Positions 12,201 through 25,400 of a stretch of DNA of 64,000 bases are shown here, in pieces. Source of the stretch: Haliotis rubra (Eukaryota). The position numbers and the translations under genes were made by a program. The notes under the pieces are model-generated. The model was given only the letters and a program-made list of their open reading frames with translations, was not told the DNA's origin and made no database searches. The first letter of the stretch is position 1. Every line of letters begins with the position of its first letter. The stretch spans positions 1,116,001-1,180,000 of the forward strand of contig NW_025765814.1 in assembly GCF_003918875.1 (NCBI RefSeq), written 5' to 3'.

Positions 12201-14407
12201 TACTGTCCATGAGGGTGTCATATCTTTTATAACTGCCCATCAGGGAGTCATATCCTTTATTACTGCAATTAGGGAATCATATCCTTTATTACTGCAATTA
12301 GGGAATCATATCCTTTATTACTGCCCATTAGGGAATCATATCCTTTATTACTGCCTATCAGGGTGTCATATCCTCGGTGAATGCTTTGTAGATTGGGCCC
12401 CAACCTTTTCAGTGTATGTTTTTGTTGTTTTACATTTCTTAACTTCATCTGATACCATGATTCAGGTATCCATCTGAGCAGGAACTCATACTACGTAGTA
12501 TCAAACCTCTTGTCCACAAGAAGAAGAAAGAAAAGGGACACCTGTTTGATCCAGCATGGGCCAGTTATAACCTGCCGCGACCAGATACACTTCCTCCATT
12601 ACACCAGAAACCTCAAGTAAGTTGCATGGAAGCTGAATGTTTTTGAAAGAGGTTGATGCTAAATATGTTTATAATGAGGCAAAATATATTCACAATAGGT
12701 TTTCATCCTCACTGATTGTTATAGAGAGAATGTAATGTTGAAAAAGTATTACTGTGAAGCAAATTTTTGATAGTCCTTCATTCATTGTTTATTGCTAATT
12801 GAGTTCTATCCTGAGTGGTGGTATTCTTACAAGGAATTGATTTTATGTGCCACCATGTTCGTTGTTTAAGGGTCCATTCCGTGATCCTGAGGATGTACAG
12901 AAACAGCGATACAAGCCGTTCCAGCCCTCACTGAGAGTGGCCACCTCCTTCTACTCGCTGGAGGATGCTCGCAAACAGATGAAGGGCGAGGAGTGGGTCA
13001 CCCGTTTGAACGATGATGTGTGAGTGGGCTCTTCTCGATGATAAATATTCAGACTGTTCTTCATACAATTCTGAGTCATCTTTTCGACTGTAAAACATCA
13101 ATGTCACACTTTTCACATGAACATTTTTGTTGAAATGTTCTTCACATATCTTATTTCAATTTTACTAACTTTTTTGAATTTTAAGAATCTGAATATTGAA
13201 CTGTTAAGCATTATATGAGTTGCATCTGTTGATCAAAGAATCATCTTATTTGGTATTTGGCTGTTAAGATTATCAAAACTGAAATGTTAGCCATTAACCT
13301 GTTGTAAATATACTGGCTCATACTGTATTCTTTGTATTAGGTTCGTACCCTTTTCAAGACGACACACATCTTATAAACCACTGTTACACACCACCTCCAA
13401 GTTCGGCCACCTGCCGTATGGCACCAAGTTCTTCAGGGAGGAGTTCTTGGACAAACATGTCTCTAATCAGGTAAGGATCATGATTTCTCCTCTGTGGGTG
13501 GGAAACCAACAGAAGCTGACTGCCAAAGATAACTTCCTTGAAGTATCCATGCAAATCCCACTCCAAATTAAACTCCTCGGCTAAATACCCCAAAGCTTAT
13601 CAAAAGCTGTTTTAAGCAAATACTATACATGAGTCACATCACTGGTTCGTCATCAGTTTGTTTGTTTATTTGCATATTAAGCAAATACAGGATCCAGAAC
13701 TGATTTCAACAGGAGATATTATTTCAGTGAAATTTCATCATATTGCTTTTGCAGGCCAATGTGATGGCATCAAATATTCTCTCAGACACTGAAGCTCATT
13801 AGCTGTATTTTTTCACTTGAGACACTTGTTATTACTGTTTAATAACTGAAAAGGTTGAATGAATGATTTGAGAAGATAAAAATGCCTTTTGATATCAAAC
13901 ATGTCACAATTGTTGTTGAAAGTTCTGACTCTGCAATCCTTGAAGTTTTAAGCTGGACCCATGTTAATATTGTGTTTAATATCAAAAGCCAAGTTGGTGA
14001 TGTTCTCAACAATCTTTCCAAGGAAAGCTAACTGACCATTAAGTAAATATCCACTGTGGCTAAACTAGGCTGGAATATCCAAGTTATATTTTGGCTCAAC
14101 TGACAAGTCTGTGCATAGTCAAAACCATGTAATGGAATTGACAATGATTTTGTAAACAAAATGGCAACTGCCAAGCAGATTTTGATTAGTTGCAGAATGT
14201 TTTTATATCAACAGAACTGTCATAGTCAGTTAACTAACTTTTATCTGGAACATGATTCAGCATATGATTAGTTTTCCTAAGGATACTGTAGAACTGTATT
14301 TTGCTAACACTGTGACTTCCTCTCCTTTTCAGAATTTCAAGACTCTTGTACAACCGGTTCCAATCTTTGACAAGCTCAATGACACATATTCACAAGGCCA
14401 GGTATAG
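3284..14407 (+). CDS. SPATA17: Spermatogenesis-associated protein 17 (IQ-motif ciliary/flagellar protein), 10 coding exons
   Basis: Exons 3284-3351, 5765-5854, 6337-6418, 6748-6798, 7585-7688, 8001-8156, 12466-12616, 12871-13019, 13341-13470, 14333-14407. All GT-AG, phases consistent, no stops. Three IQ motifs (VQAWFRG, VQKSWRGY, IQKVWRGYYVRK) plus HYLLSTEVIPGIYNSPF, KPQGPFR and QRYKPFQPSLRVAT. AATAAA near 15098. Confidence 0.92.
3625..4210 (+). mobile_element. 5'-truncated Rex1/Babar-like LINE remnant in SPATA17 intron 1
   Basis: Decayed RT C-terminus YLGTFIDSKLNW..QQRLHF..LRYFNV..FYVAFIQSILTF..WYG..LLPSGR..SFIP, ending in a CTATT-repeat tail. Confidence 0.75.
5380..5565 (-). mobile_element. 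Retroposon family B, 5'-truncated copy
   Basis: Same body and tail as 2490-2729. Confidence 0.75.
6457..6604 (+). mobile_element. Short tRNA-derived SINE family A
   Basis: A box GTAGTCTAGTGG, B box GGTTCGATTCC, body GTGTGAAGCCCATTTCTGGTGTC, ACTC tail, target duplication CTTAATGTCTC. Confidence 0.85.
7111..7533 (+). mobile_element. Miniature non-autonomous LTR retrotransposon (TRIM) with tRNA-derived LTRs
   Basis: Two 161-bp direct repeats (7111-7271, 7373-7533; 5 mismatches) bounded by TGTAGC..GCTACA. PBS-like TGGCGCC at 7273, purine tract GACGGGGGAG before LTR2, TATA target duplication. A box TGGTCATATGG and B box GGTTCGAATCC in each LTR. Confidence 0.9.
8240..12372. repeat. 34-bp minisatellite, ~120 copies, filling SPATA17 intron 6
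   Basis: Unit CATCAGGGTGTCATATCCTTTATTACTTACTGCC, degenerate at both edges. Confidence 0.97.
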
Positions 14408-15249
14408 CACGAACACTTGTATGTGGATAAACAAACCAAATGTGATATTTACAATTATTGAAGTCATATGTAGATACAAATCAGCTTTAGAACATGAAAC
14501 CAGCCTAATGCTGTTACGAAACACATGTATGTCAGCAATTGTTTAAGGCTGTTGCAGTGTCCAGATACTATGATAAAATGTTTGAATGTGTTATCCATTC
14601 ATGTAATTGTATAAAGCATGTAAATACTCTCACATATGTAGACATGTCTGTAGTGAAGATACAGGTGTGAGACTGCACATAGTTTTTAGTGCATGTCTTC
14701 TTACCAGATTGAATATTTAGTCAGTATAAACTGATACCATTGTGATGTAAACGTTGTAATCAAACAGTATTAATATGTCTACAATGTTGCCTGGCATACT
14801 TTTGTTTGGTTAATTTCTTGTTTGTTTTGATATGTAAGCGTAATTCATAGACCTATCACAAATTGATTTTAATTAAGCCACCTGATTGCCCATCAAATTA
14901 GGCCTTAGTGTTTGTTGTTTGATATTCAAGTTAGAAGGTAGAATTTTATACAGATGTCACGATTTCACAAGGCTGGATTTTGTTGATTCTACTGATATCT
15001 GTGAAGCTGATAGATAAATGCTTGTGAATATTGTATATCATCAGTGACCATGTTCGAGTTGTTTTTGTTCATGATTCCGTCCACAAGCTATAAATGCAAT
15101 AAACTTGGGAATGAAACTTGTGTGGTGTGGTAGATACTTGTTCAGGATCACAATCATCGGTTTCGTGAAACTTCAACCTCATCTTGTGAAACATCGGGGG
15201 AGCTGTACTGAAACTTGTTCACAACTAGAGCTAGACAAGACTAGACCAC

Positions 15250-16290
15250 ATTTACAGACATGTGACCATCATATGACACAATCGAACAATTAGTCATGTG
15301 ACCATCGTATGACACAACTAGAACAATTACAGTCAGGTGACCATCATATGACACAATCAGAACAATTAGTCACGTGACCATCGTATGACACAACCAGAAC
15401 AATTAGTCATATGACCATCATATGACACACCAAAGCAATTACAATCAGGTGACCATCATTTGACACAACCAGAACAATTAGTCATGTTCATTCATAGGAT
15501 AGTTATATAACGCACATATCCGCGCAACTAGTGCATGCTCAAGGTGCTGGTATTTTTTCCCTTGATCATTGGATGTCAATCTCAGCGGCACATCTTATTA
15601 TCAATCTCAACTCCCTGGGGAGTATACAACTCTTGCTGCCACCAGGTGCGCCGAGTTATTGTAGCTATCTCATCCTAACGAGGTACCCATTCACAGCTGG
15701 GTGGACAGATACACATAGTCACAGTACTTTGTCCAAGTTCACTGCACGTTGCTGTACCCGCTACTTGGTGTTTGCACGTATTCATGTGGCCACCATCTGG
15801 TCATATACCAACAGATTCGTGGGTTCTTTTAAGTGCACAGGGTTGTGTACTGTACACTAGGGGTTGTGACAACACTGAAAGAGTCTGCACACAAAGTTGA
15901 CTCCAAGGGTTTTTTTTACACCTCACCACATGGGCCATCATATGACACACCAGAACAATTACAGGCAACCAGAAAAATTAGTCATGTTACCATCATATGA
16001 CACAACTAGAACAATTACAGTCATGTGACTATCATATGACACAACCAGAACAATTACAGTCATGTGACCATCATATGACACAACCAGAACAATTACAGTC
16101 ATGTGACCATCATATGACACAACCAGAACAATTGCAGTTCTGTGACCATCATATGACACAACCAGAACAATTACAGTCATGTGACACAACCAGAACAATT
16201 ACAGTCATGTGACCATCATATGACAACCAGAACAATTTCAGTCATGTGACCATCATATGACACTTCCACAACAATTAGACATGTGACCTT
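15250..16290. repeat. 37-39-bp minisatellite interrupted by a SINE
   Basis: Unit GTCATGTGACCATCATATGACACAACCAGAACAATTACA. Confidence 0.93.
15488..15930 (-). mobile_element. Nin/Deu-domain SINE-like element inserted in a minisatellite
   Basis: Minus strand carries CTGTCCACCCAGCTGTGAATGGGTACC (Deu/Nin-like core) and a GTGCGTTATATAA..GAATGAA 3' end. Confidence 0.6.
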
Positions 16291-16529
16291 CAGAAGAGAC
16301 AAGAAGTACTAGTGTCATGTGACCTTTATGAGACCTAACCATGCACAACATTAACGGTTTTCAGAATTCTGGTGTCATAGTGTAACAAGAATGCAAAGCT
16401 TCAGCTTAATTGGTCCAGTCCGTGATTTCCGAGAAGTTAATTTTTTGATGGCAACAAAATACAGATGACTTAGTTACTGGGGTCTTTGGTCAGCCGAATG
16501 TAACTGAGAAGCTGAATCAAACATTGTAT

Positions 16530-17532
16530 TATAGTACTGTCGGAAATAGAAAAAAACTGTATTTTCTAATTTATCTCTACAATTTATGTAGTTGATATGT
16601 GAAAGTGTGAAAGATCTGTTAAACTATGTTCGGCCTAACTACAGTCTCAGTGGTATAGAGATAGAAAACGGAGAAAAAGGACTTTACTGAGGGGAAATTA
16701 GTGCAGAAATGAGCAATGCGGTTTTTTTCTAAGTCCAAAAAGACTTATTTGGAACAGACCATGGCTTTATGCAAATTAGTGTGCGACGATATTGTATTAC
16801 AAAGGACACTTTTTAAATGCCCAATTTGAAATTAGATGTAGACGTAAAAAATAATAACTTTTATGCCGAAACTATTAAGGATGTAGTTTCACTGTCACTA
16901 TAAAAAGAAACAGATAGGAGGGGTCGCCACAAAAGCAAAACCTGGGGTCGGGCTTGGGGATAGAGATATCAGCTAAGATAAGATAATCCTTTAGGGCAAT
17001 AATACTAGGGAGGTACACGGCACGTCATAACAATTTACAAATAATGTCCAGTCCTGTCGATCTTCGGGTGGTCATGCCACCTATATACTACGATGCGTTT
17101 CTATGGTTTTCGGGTATCATACTCTCTTACATATTTCAACATAAACTTTATGAAAGAAAGACACGTAAAATGTTAATCAGTAGATGAGACATAGTCAACA
17201 CACATGAAAAAGCACAAAATATCTTTGAGATGACCCCTTGTGCCTGCAGGCAGCACGTGCATTTCATGCCAGGTGAGTCGACATACCTGGCTGAGCGACC
17301 TAATTGCCATCTATTCTGATCTATTGTTTTCAGCAGCTATTCGTATTTTTTTTGTTTTGCCCGATTTTACGAGTAAACATGCTTTTCTGGATATCGTATT
17401 ACGCATCCCACTGAATGCCCAGTTAGGCCGAAGTGGGTTATTTTCGACATATGCTATTTGCAACTGTGTCAATTTTAGGGATACAGAGTAACAGCATAAC
17501 AACAGTTTTTTTCTATTTCCGACAGTACTATA
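16530..17532. mobile_element. Non-autonomous DNA transposon (~1 kb)
   Basis: About 31-bp perfect TIRs TATAGTACTGTCGGAAATAGAAAAAAACTGT; no ORF. Confidence 0.8.
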
Positions 17533-17599
17533 GTGGTTGTGTTCTTCAGTGACATAATCACACAACACTGATTGACAAGACTTGCTATAGGCTCACCCT

Positions 17600-18240
17600 T
17601 GCCCCCAGTCCTAACTGAAAATGTAATGACTGACTTGTAAGGGAAAGCTCTACAAACTGCACCCTTCAAACCAACCTGCTGGTACTGAAAAGTATATGAT
17701 ACTTTTGTCATCCTCCAACCTAATCCATGATCCTATCCAGCTTCTCACCTATCTCAACAACCAACTTCCCTACGTCAGATTCATGATGGAACAGAAGAAC
17801 CAACCACCTTTGCCATCATATGAATAGGAGCTCCATCGATGATCTAAAATAACTTGAACTAAGTTGTCATGCGACCTACTTTTTCCAACAGAAAACCAAC
17901 CCACACAGATCAGTACATCCACTACCACTCCAGTCATTGGAAGCATCTCTACATTTAACAAGAAGAGCGAAGAAGATCTACTCCACAAATATACAGAAAA
18001 ATTGAACCGCTGAAGAACGTAGACCCGAACCACTACCCATCCCAAACAGAACTATTGCAGCTACTCTATTATCTTCCTAAATAACCTGACCTAAATCCAG
18101 GTTCAACCTCCATCAAGATCTCCATTCCCTACATGGTAAACCATTACACCAAATCAGCTGACTCCTAAAACGTCAAGCAATCATATATAACAGCTCTTCA
18201 TTTTCCAGGATCAACAACCTTACAAATCACATGTATGCAC
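17600..18240 (+). mobile_element. Decayed Penelope-like (GIY-YIG) reverse transcriptase fragment
   Basis: RKPTHTDQYIHYHSSH at 17890-17937, a characteristic PLE RT thumb motif; upstream remnants heavily frameshifted. Confidence 0.6.
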
Positions 18241-18885
18241 CTTTAATGCGTCAATTTGTTTATAAACAAAAATAATTTTTTAAGAATCACTTTGTTCTCA
18301 TTTACTATCGTTAATCTGTCTTACCATGAAATAATGTAGTCAACTAAATTATGTTTTTATACTGAAATATTGAAGGAGGAAAACGTATTTGATAATGTCG
18401 GTTCCTACTGAAATGTAACAGAAAAACACGAAGCAAATATGATATGCAATTTATTTCATAACCCATTATACACCATGATGCATTGGACGGAATGTATGTG
18501 ACAACAGTATAAAGTGTGTTTGTATTATTGTCTATATGTTGTACCATTCTGTGTTTCACAAACAGATCTGATCACAACCAAACATTCTAATCACTTGACC
18601 ATCTTCAGAATTCAATTTGTTATTGGACTGTCATTTGAAATAGTGGCCATGACTTGAAATATTGAGAGGGGAAAGCTGTAAAAGTCATCGTACAAAAGAC
18701 CAAGACAAAATTGCAATTGAAAAAGAAGTTATGAACATTAGAGGAAGGTAATCTTTACTATCAGCATCACTCCAGTCAATTTCTGACTGAACTGACTTAA
18801 TGCAAAGTCAGCAATATTTATTTCGGTCTATCACATTTTTTAGTTGATGTGCCAATCAGTGAGGAATCTTCATTTCACTGCTGAG

Positions 18886-19040
18886 ACTGACTGACTGAGT
18901 TTGGTTTTACACCACTTTTAGCAATATTCCAGCAACATCACGGCGGGGGACACCAGGAATGGGCTTCACACATTGTGGGATTCGAACCTGGGTTTCGGCG
19001 TGACGAGCCAACGCTTTAACCACTAGGCTACCCTCACTGC
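18886..19040 (-). mobile_element. tRNA-derived SINE family A
   Basis: Same consensus on the minus strand. Confidence 0.8.
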
Positions 19041-19414
19041 TGAGATGACCAGTTAGACTTGTCCAAATGGTCAGTGTACTATTTGCCAATGTCCAGCTTA
19101 ATTAACTTTTACAGAAGTATTGTAGTTCCGGGTAAATTCAGATTATGCCAAGGAAGAATTCCCCAGAACTTAAAACGGTCAACAGTGTAGGTCCATATTC
19201 CAAACATGTCTTGATATGTAGGTCTTCAGTAATCTTGTTCAATTGAAACAGAAACAGCAAGTCGTCAGTGCTCAGGGCTATTCCACATGGTGAGCATCCT
19301 CCCTCCATCTCCTTATCAGCCTGGTTCATGGTTCAGTGTTGCTTTGTTTAACAACATGGAGTCAATTCTCCAGACCCAACTGGAGACAATAATCTCAAAT
19401 ATTCACTTTAATGA

Positions 19415-22400
19415 TCAGACAACTTCGTTAATAGATTCGTGTTCTTTCATTTCTTCTTTCTCCACATCTGCGATCATCTCTGATGTGACCTCAGTAAACA
19501 GCCGATCCCAGTCCCATGGCCGGTCCTCCTACAACACAAACACAAGATTAACTACATAATAAGGGACCGTTGTCACCTCAGTAAACAGCCGATCCCAGTC
19601 CCATGGGCGGTCCTCCTACAACACAAACACAAGGTTAACTACATAATAAGGGACCGTTGTCACCTCAGTAAACAGCCGATCCTAGTCCCATGGCCGGTCC
19701 TCCTACAAACACAAACACAAGATTAACTACATAATAAGGGACCGTTCATAATTTATGGCTAAAGTGTGTGAGTGCGTGTGTGATATGATGATGATGATGA
19801 TGATAATGATGGGGGGTCACCAATTTTGTTCTTGGGAGGTCATCAATTTTGTGCACATGTACTAGAGGGGTGTCATTTACTTTGTTCATAAATTTTAGGG
19901 TGGTCAACTGTCCATGAAGAAAATCATCATCACACCCCCTAGCCATAAATTATGAGTGAGTGAGTGCGTTTAGTTTTACGCCACTTTTAGCCATATCACG
20001 GTGGGGGACACCAGAAATTGGCTTCACACATTGTACCCATGTGGGAATCGAACCCGGGTCTTCGGCGTGACGAGCGAATGCTTTAACCACTAGACTACCC
20101 CACCGCCACCCATAAATTATGAATGGTCCTTAATGTCATAATAACAGTCAATTTGCATGGCGGTTTTCCACACTGAACATAATGATCAATGTGCACAGAC
20201 AATTATTACCCCAGTCAATGAATCAGTGTGTAATCCAATGTTTCATTCTCAGCTCCCTAGGAAGTATACAGACCAATCTGCCTTAAAATATTGTTAACAA
20301 TATGCATTCACACACAGCAGGTTGGTTTGGATGCCTAACACGCTACATCTGACACTCACCTCTATCAAGTCTTGTTCTGGTGAAATAGCCTTTGTTAATA
20401 ACTTGAGATCTATGTCGTCCTGAAACACAAACGAAAAACAACACTACAATATTTCCAACAGATCATATAACATCAGTTGTATGACACAGAATTTCTATAG
20501 CATTATAAAAAAATAAGTTTAATAAACTCTACAATGTGCCTTGTTTATAGCTACAGCTGAAGTCATCAAGCATCAAGTTTTACCTTGTACACTGGATGCA
20601 AAGTTTGCTCCAGCTTTTTGTTAGATGTTTAGTGTGATTACAGCCTAAGTTTGAAACTGTTTAAATTCAAGTCATACCCCATCATGACAACAGTTCACTA
20701 TTCATAGCACAAGAAATTCGCATAATGTAGAGTATGTTGTAACATTAGTATCACATTCATAATAAGCATTTGAGTTCAAATGATCACAAAATATTTGCCG
20801 TTGTTGTCTTGTCTTTTCATTGTGTTATATTTAAGCAATTTTGTATCCACTATCAATAATCTTTGTGCAATATTTAAAAGAACATGATAATATGTTGTGT
20901 TTCCTCAAATATGACCTTGACCTTTGAAATAAATGCATCTGACTTGGTTATGTCAAAAAATGTAAACATAATTCCATGCCTCAGAAACTAGCAATGTTTC
21001 ATGAAAACCTGAATGCTGCCAGTCGTTCTAAAGATATTCTAAGGGAAAATTTACCAGTTTCCTATATACATGGTCAGCCATGTTAGCTCCATAATAAATG
21101 TCCATACCAGTGTAAGGAACGCTGCTTGTCGCAGGAGATCATTGTCCAGCTCCCTGTAAGTGGCCACGCGGTTGACAGCAACACTGTTGGAATCAGTAAC
21201 ACTCAGTGGTCAGATACTGTGCTCAGTTAGAAAGCCCATGTCCACATGGTAAAGTTGAAATACACAATTAGTATATAGTCAGTGCGATATTCTGAAAACA
21301 GTCAACTACATACATGTATATAAAAACAGATATTGTTCAGTTATCTTATTTACTGACTTTTCAGAACACAAACTAGTGAGTTCAACATAGAGTAATGATA
21401 AATAGTTACTATTTCCCTGACCATATCAGCTAAACTTGATAGATAATATTTTCTTTAGATATGTCTGTCAGCAGGTTTTGAGATCATTACTAATGCTGAT
21501 GTTTGGTTATGATGTCAGGACCATGTTCCACGTCTTAGAGAATGAAGCACGACTTTGTTAAAGTACAGGAATTAAGATCATCTCAGAGCTAAGACCACTA
21601 TGTAGAAGAGGGTATGTAGACAACTGACTTGGGAGCTACAGCCACTTTAGTGGTCATGTCCTCCTCCTGCTGGTCCTCCAGCTCCGGAATCACTGGGATG
21701 TCTGCAGCAGAGACCACACCATGTACACACATGTAACTCACAACACCAACATCACCTTCTATAAACACTACACAGCCCTGAGATGAGATAATGTTGATCA
21801 CACCATTTAACCACATTTCATCTCCATCCACATGTCCCAACACCCCACCACCCAAATACAAGCATGAAACACAGAGTCATGAAATAAAGGAATTCATCAA
21901 GCATTTCTTCACTTAATATTGACCAACACCTTTTGTGTTAAATATTAGGCAAGAAAACCAAAGGGTCCTTGCAAAACAAAACTCATATTACAAACCTAAG
22001 GGAGCCCCAGATTCAGTTACCATGACAACAATGACGACCTCTGATCCAATATAAATTCTAACAACGCATAAGTATTGAGTGTTCAGAGTGTGAAATGAGA
22101 TAGTATTTAGTGCATACCTTGATCTGAATCAGACTGTTGTTCTGGGCTCCTTGGTCGTAGTCTCTCACTGTAACACAGCAAACATGTACTGACAATATGG
22201 ACAACTAGGAGCATCAGTGGCCTCTTAGTCTCATGACACTATTCATGCATCATGGCTGAGGTATTATTGTCTTGACAGTGTTGAATGATATGTGTTACCT
22301 CAATGTAGTGAGTGAGTGAGTTTAGGTTTATGCCGCACTCAGCAATATTCCAGCTATATGGCGGCGGTCTGTAAATAATCAAGTCTTGACCAAACAATCC

Positions 22401-25400
22401 AGTGATCAACAACATGAGCATTGATCTACACAATTGGGATACAATGACATGTGTCAACCAAGTCAGCAAGCCTGACCACCCGATCCAGTTAGTCGCCTCT
22501 TACGACAAGCATGGGTTACTGAAGATCAATTCTAACCCGGACCTTCACGAGGTCGTTACCTCAATGTAAGTTAGACATACTGAAATAGTCAAAATGATCG
22601 ATACATACAATTAGCCATACCATTAACACTTCAAAACAATAGTTGCCTCTTCTTTTAACCCAGAGCTCCAGATAAGATTTAGCTCATGTTGGGTACTGTA
22701 CCCGCTGTATTTTTTTGGAGTGGGTATTATGAATGTTGAGTGGGTATTTCATTTTCCGTTACCCACTGCTTTCAAATATGTGCGTATTTCAGTCATTTTA
22801 CTCACCTAAGTATTATGTCATTGAGTAAGTTTACTAAGCAGGTATGTTCTGCCTCATGTCATACCTAATCAAAACCAACTTAAATATAATGGAAATGATT
22901 TCATAAAAAATCACTCATCCTATACTGACAGTACAACACTTGTCCTATACTAACAGTACAACTTGATAGCAATCGATGTCTTTTTCATTACGCAAGTGAT
23001 TTTTATAAATATATTCCGTACGCATTTGTTTTAAACTTTTTTCGTATCTAACATTTTAGATGCGTAATTGGTATGCAACAATTATTTTTCAATGCGTAAT
23101 TGGAAATTTTCTATGCGTATTTTACCCGGATACGCAGCTTATCTGGGCCTCTGTTAACCTTTCAGGTGATACACAGCGGAGTGAGGGAGATTGGTTTTAT
23201 GCCACTTTTAGCAATAATCCAGCAATATCACTGCAGAGGACAGATGAAATTGGCTTCACACATGGTACCCATGGATGTGAATGAAACCTGGGTCTTAAGG
23301 TGTGAAGAACAAATGCTTGAACCACGAGGTTACCCCACTGTTCCTTCACAAGCCACCCAAGGTTGTGGGGAGACAAGAAGTGATTGTTAGTCAACTGAAA
23401 CAACTGGTTAAACACACGCGGTGGCATTGAAATGTAAACAAAACTTGCGACAAATGTCCCAGAGACACAAAAACATGAAAGACGTAATCATCTTGAATCA
23501 AGAAAACAAAACATAGCGACAAAGATATCCATGATATCACTACCAAAACACTTCTAGGCAGAAATAGTACTTTCGGAAACCACAAGACATAAATGCAAAA
23601 AATGTAGCTTAGAATAAATGAACATTCATAAATAGTGGAATCTGCACACAAATATCAACATATACTTGTATCCTGAGCTATTTATCTTGTTCAGAGAAAA
23701 ACCAAAGAGCTAGAAGGAATTATGGATTATCTGTCTGAAGTGAATAAATTGTGTAAGTCCCGATCATTTTGTGAGAGACTTTCAGCATTCATTCATGAGG
23801 GACAGTTTTGACTTATTTATTGTATATGTTACTCATTGACATTTTAAAAAAGCATATTATTAGATACGAGTTCTACCATGACTCCAGTAAATACTGGATT
23901 CTGATTGGTCAATTAAAGTCATTCAGAGGTGTATAATCGTGTTATATACCTCTGATTTTCTAACACAGCATGTATTTTTTTAAAATCTTAATAATGTGGT
24001 TATGGTAGAATGGAGATAAACATACTGTGTTGGTAAATCAGAGGTATATAACGAAATTATAATAGCTCTAAATTTTTTATTATTTGTGAACCTCTCAACC
24101 TTCAAGTCAAAAGTTAGTTTAGAGCTATTATAATTTCGTTATATACCTCTGATTTACCAACACAGTATGTTTATCTCCTCTTTTTAACCCTACGGAGAAA
24201 CTTCACTGAAGGTAGTCTATAGTAGTCATGTAATCAACTTGTGACATCATGAACAACTGATGAGGTCATGTCATTGTTTCCTCAACAATGAAGCACTCTG
24301 ATGCATTATGGCTTCAACTGATCAATCAGCTAAAATGCACATGTTCAAATATCGAAAAACGATCACTCTCCCTTATGGGTAATATTGTAATAATTATAGA
24401 AGTTTATCCAGTCATGCAGCAAGGGTTTGTGTGATGATGTGGTCATGCAAATAAACTGCAAACAAGTGCAAGTGTTGGGGAGTTGAGCCAGGGAGCACTG
24501 CCACACTGGGTCAGATATCACAATTACCCAAAGAGACCACTCTGCTCAACATGGTCAAATAGAAGATCGCTGAATGCAAAAGATGGCAAATCATTAGGGC
24601 TTCACATTTTAAGGATTCCTTGCATTAATGTGGCAGCATTCAACAAAAACCCAGGCAAAGAGTAGGTATTATGCTCATCAGAACCACCATCATGGAGACC
24701 TTGCAGGTTTTCTTCCTTGAAATTGCCCACAAAATAACATAACAAAATACTTTCTTGTTTTTAAAGACAAACACAGCCTTAAACTATTGCTTATTCAAAT
24801 TAAATATATACTGAAAAAGAAATAATTACTTTGATCCTAAAAATGTCACCAATCAAACCAAAGGGAGGTAACTCTAATCTGAATGTGCCATAACATTTTC
24901 TTCATAATACAAATGACAAGTGGTAAAACCTGATTTTTCTGACAGATAATTTATGACTATTGAAACTATGGAGTGTTATGCATGCTATCAGTGTTTAAAT
25001 TCCTATTGATATCATACAATTACACAACATAAAATTCCTCGATAGGTTGATATACAATTAGACTCCCAGAACAAGCCCTAATAACCTTGACAATCTTTAC
25101 AAAAGAAATATAAAACAGCCTGGCCCATTCTCCATAACAATTTAATTATAAAAATGTCTGTGTTGATAAACAACAAAAGACACAAATGTCAGTCTTATTT
25201 CTCATAACACCTGGAAAGAACAAAGAAAACATGAAAGCATAAATGACATAACATACCATACCAAACAATGCACCATTATAATACCATGCAAAGCATGCAT
25301 GCAGCAATAGCACTGGGTGACATGTGTAAACAAGTGTGACTATATGTCTACAGCCCCTGTCCTCGGATATATAGTAATATACACCACCATTTGTATAATA

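Noticed and set aside
8232-12477. ORFs of up to 1018 aa in all three + frames
   Set aside because: They are the product of a stop-free 34-bp unit cycling through frames inside SPATA17 intron 6, not a gene.
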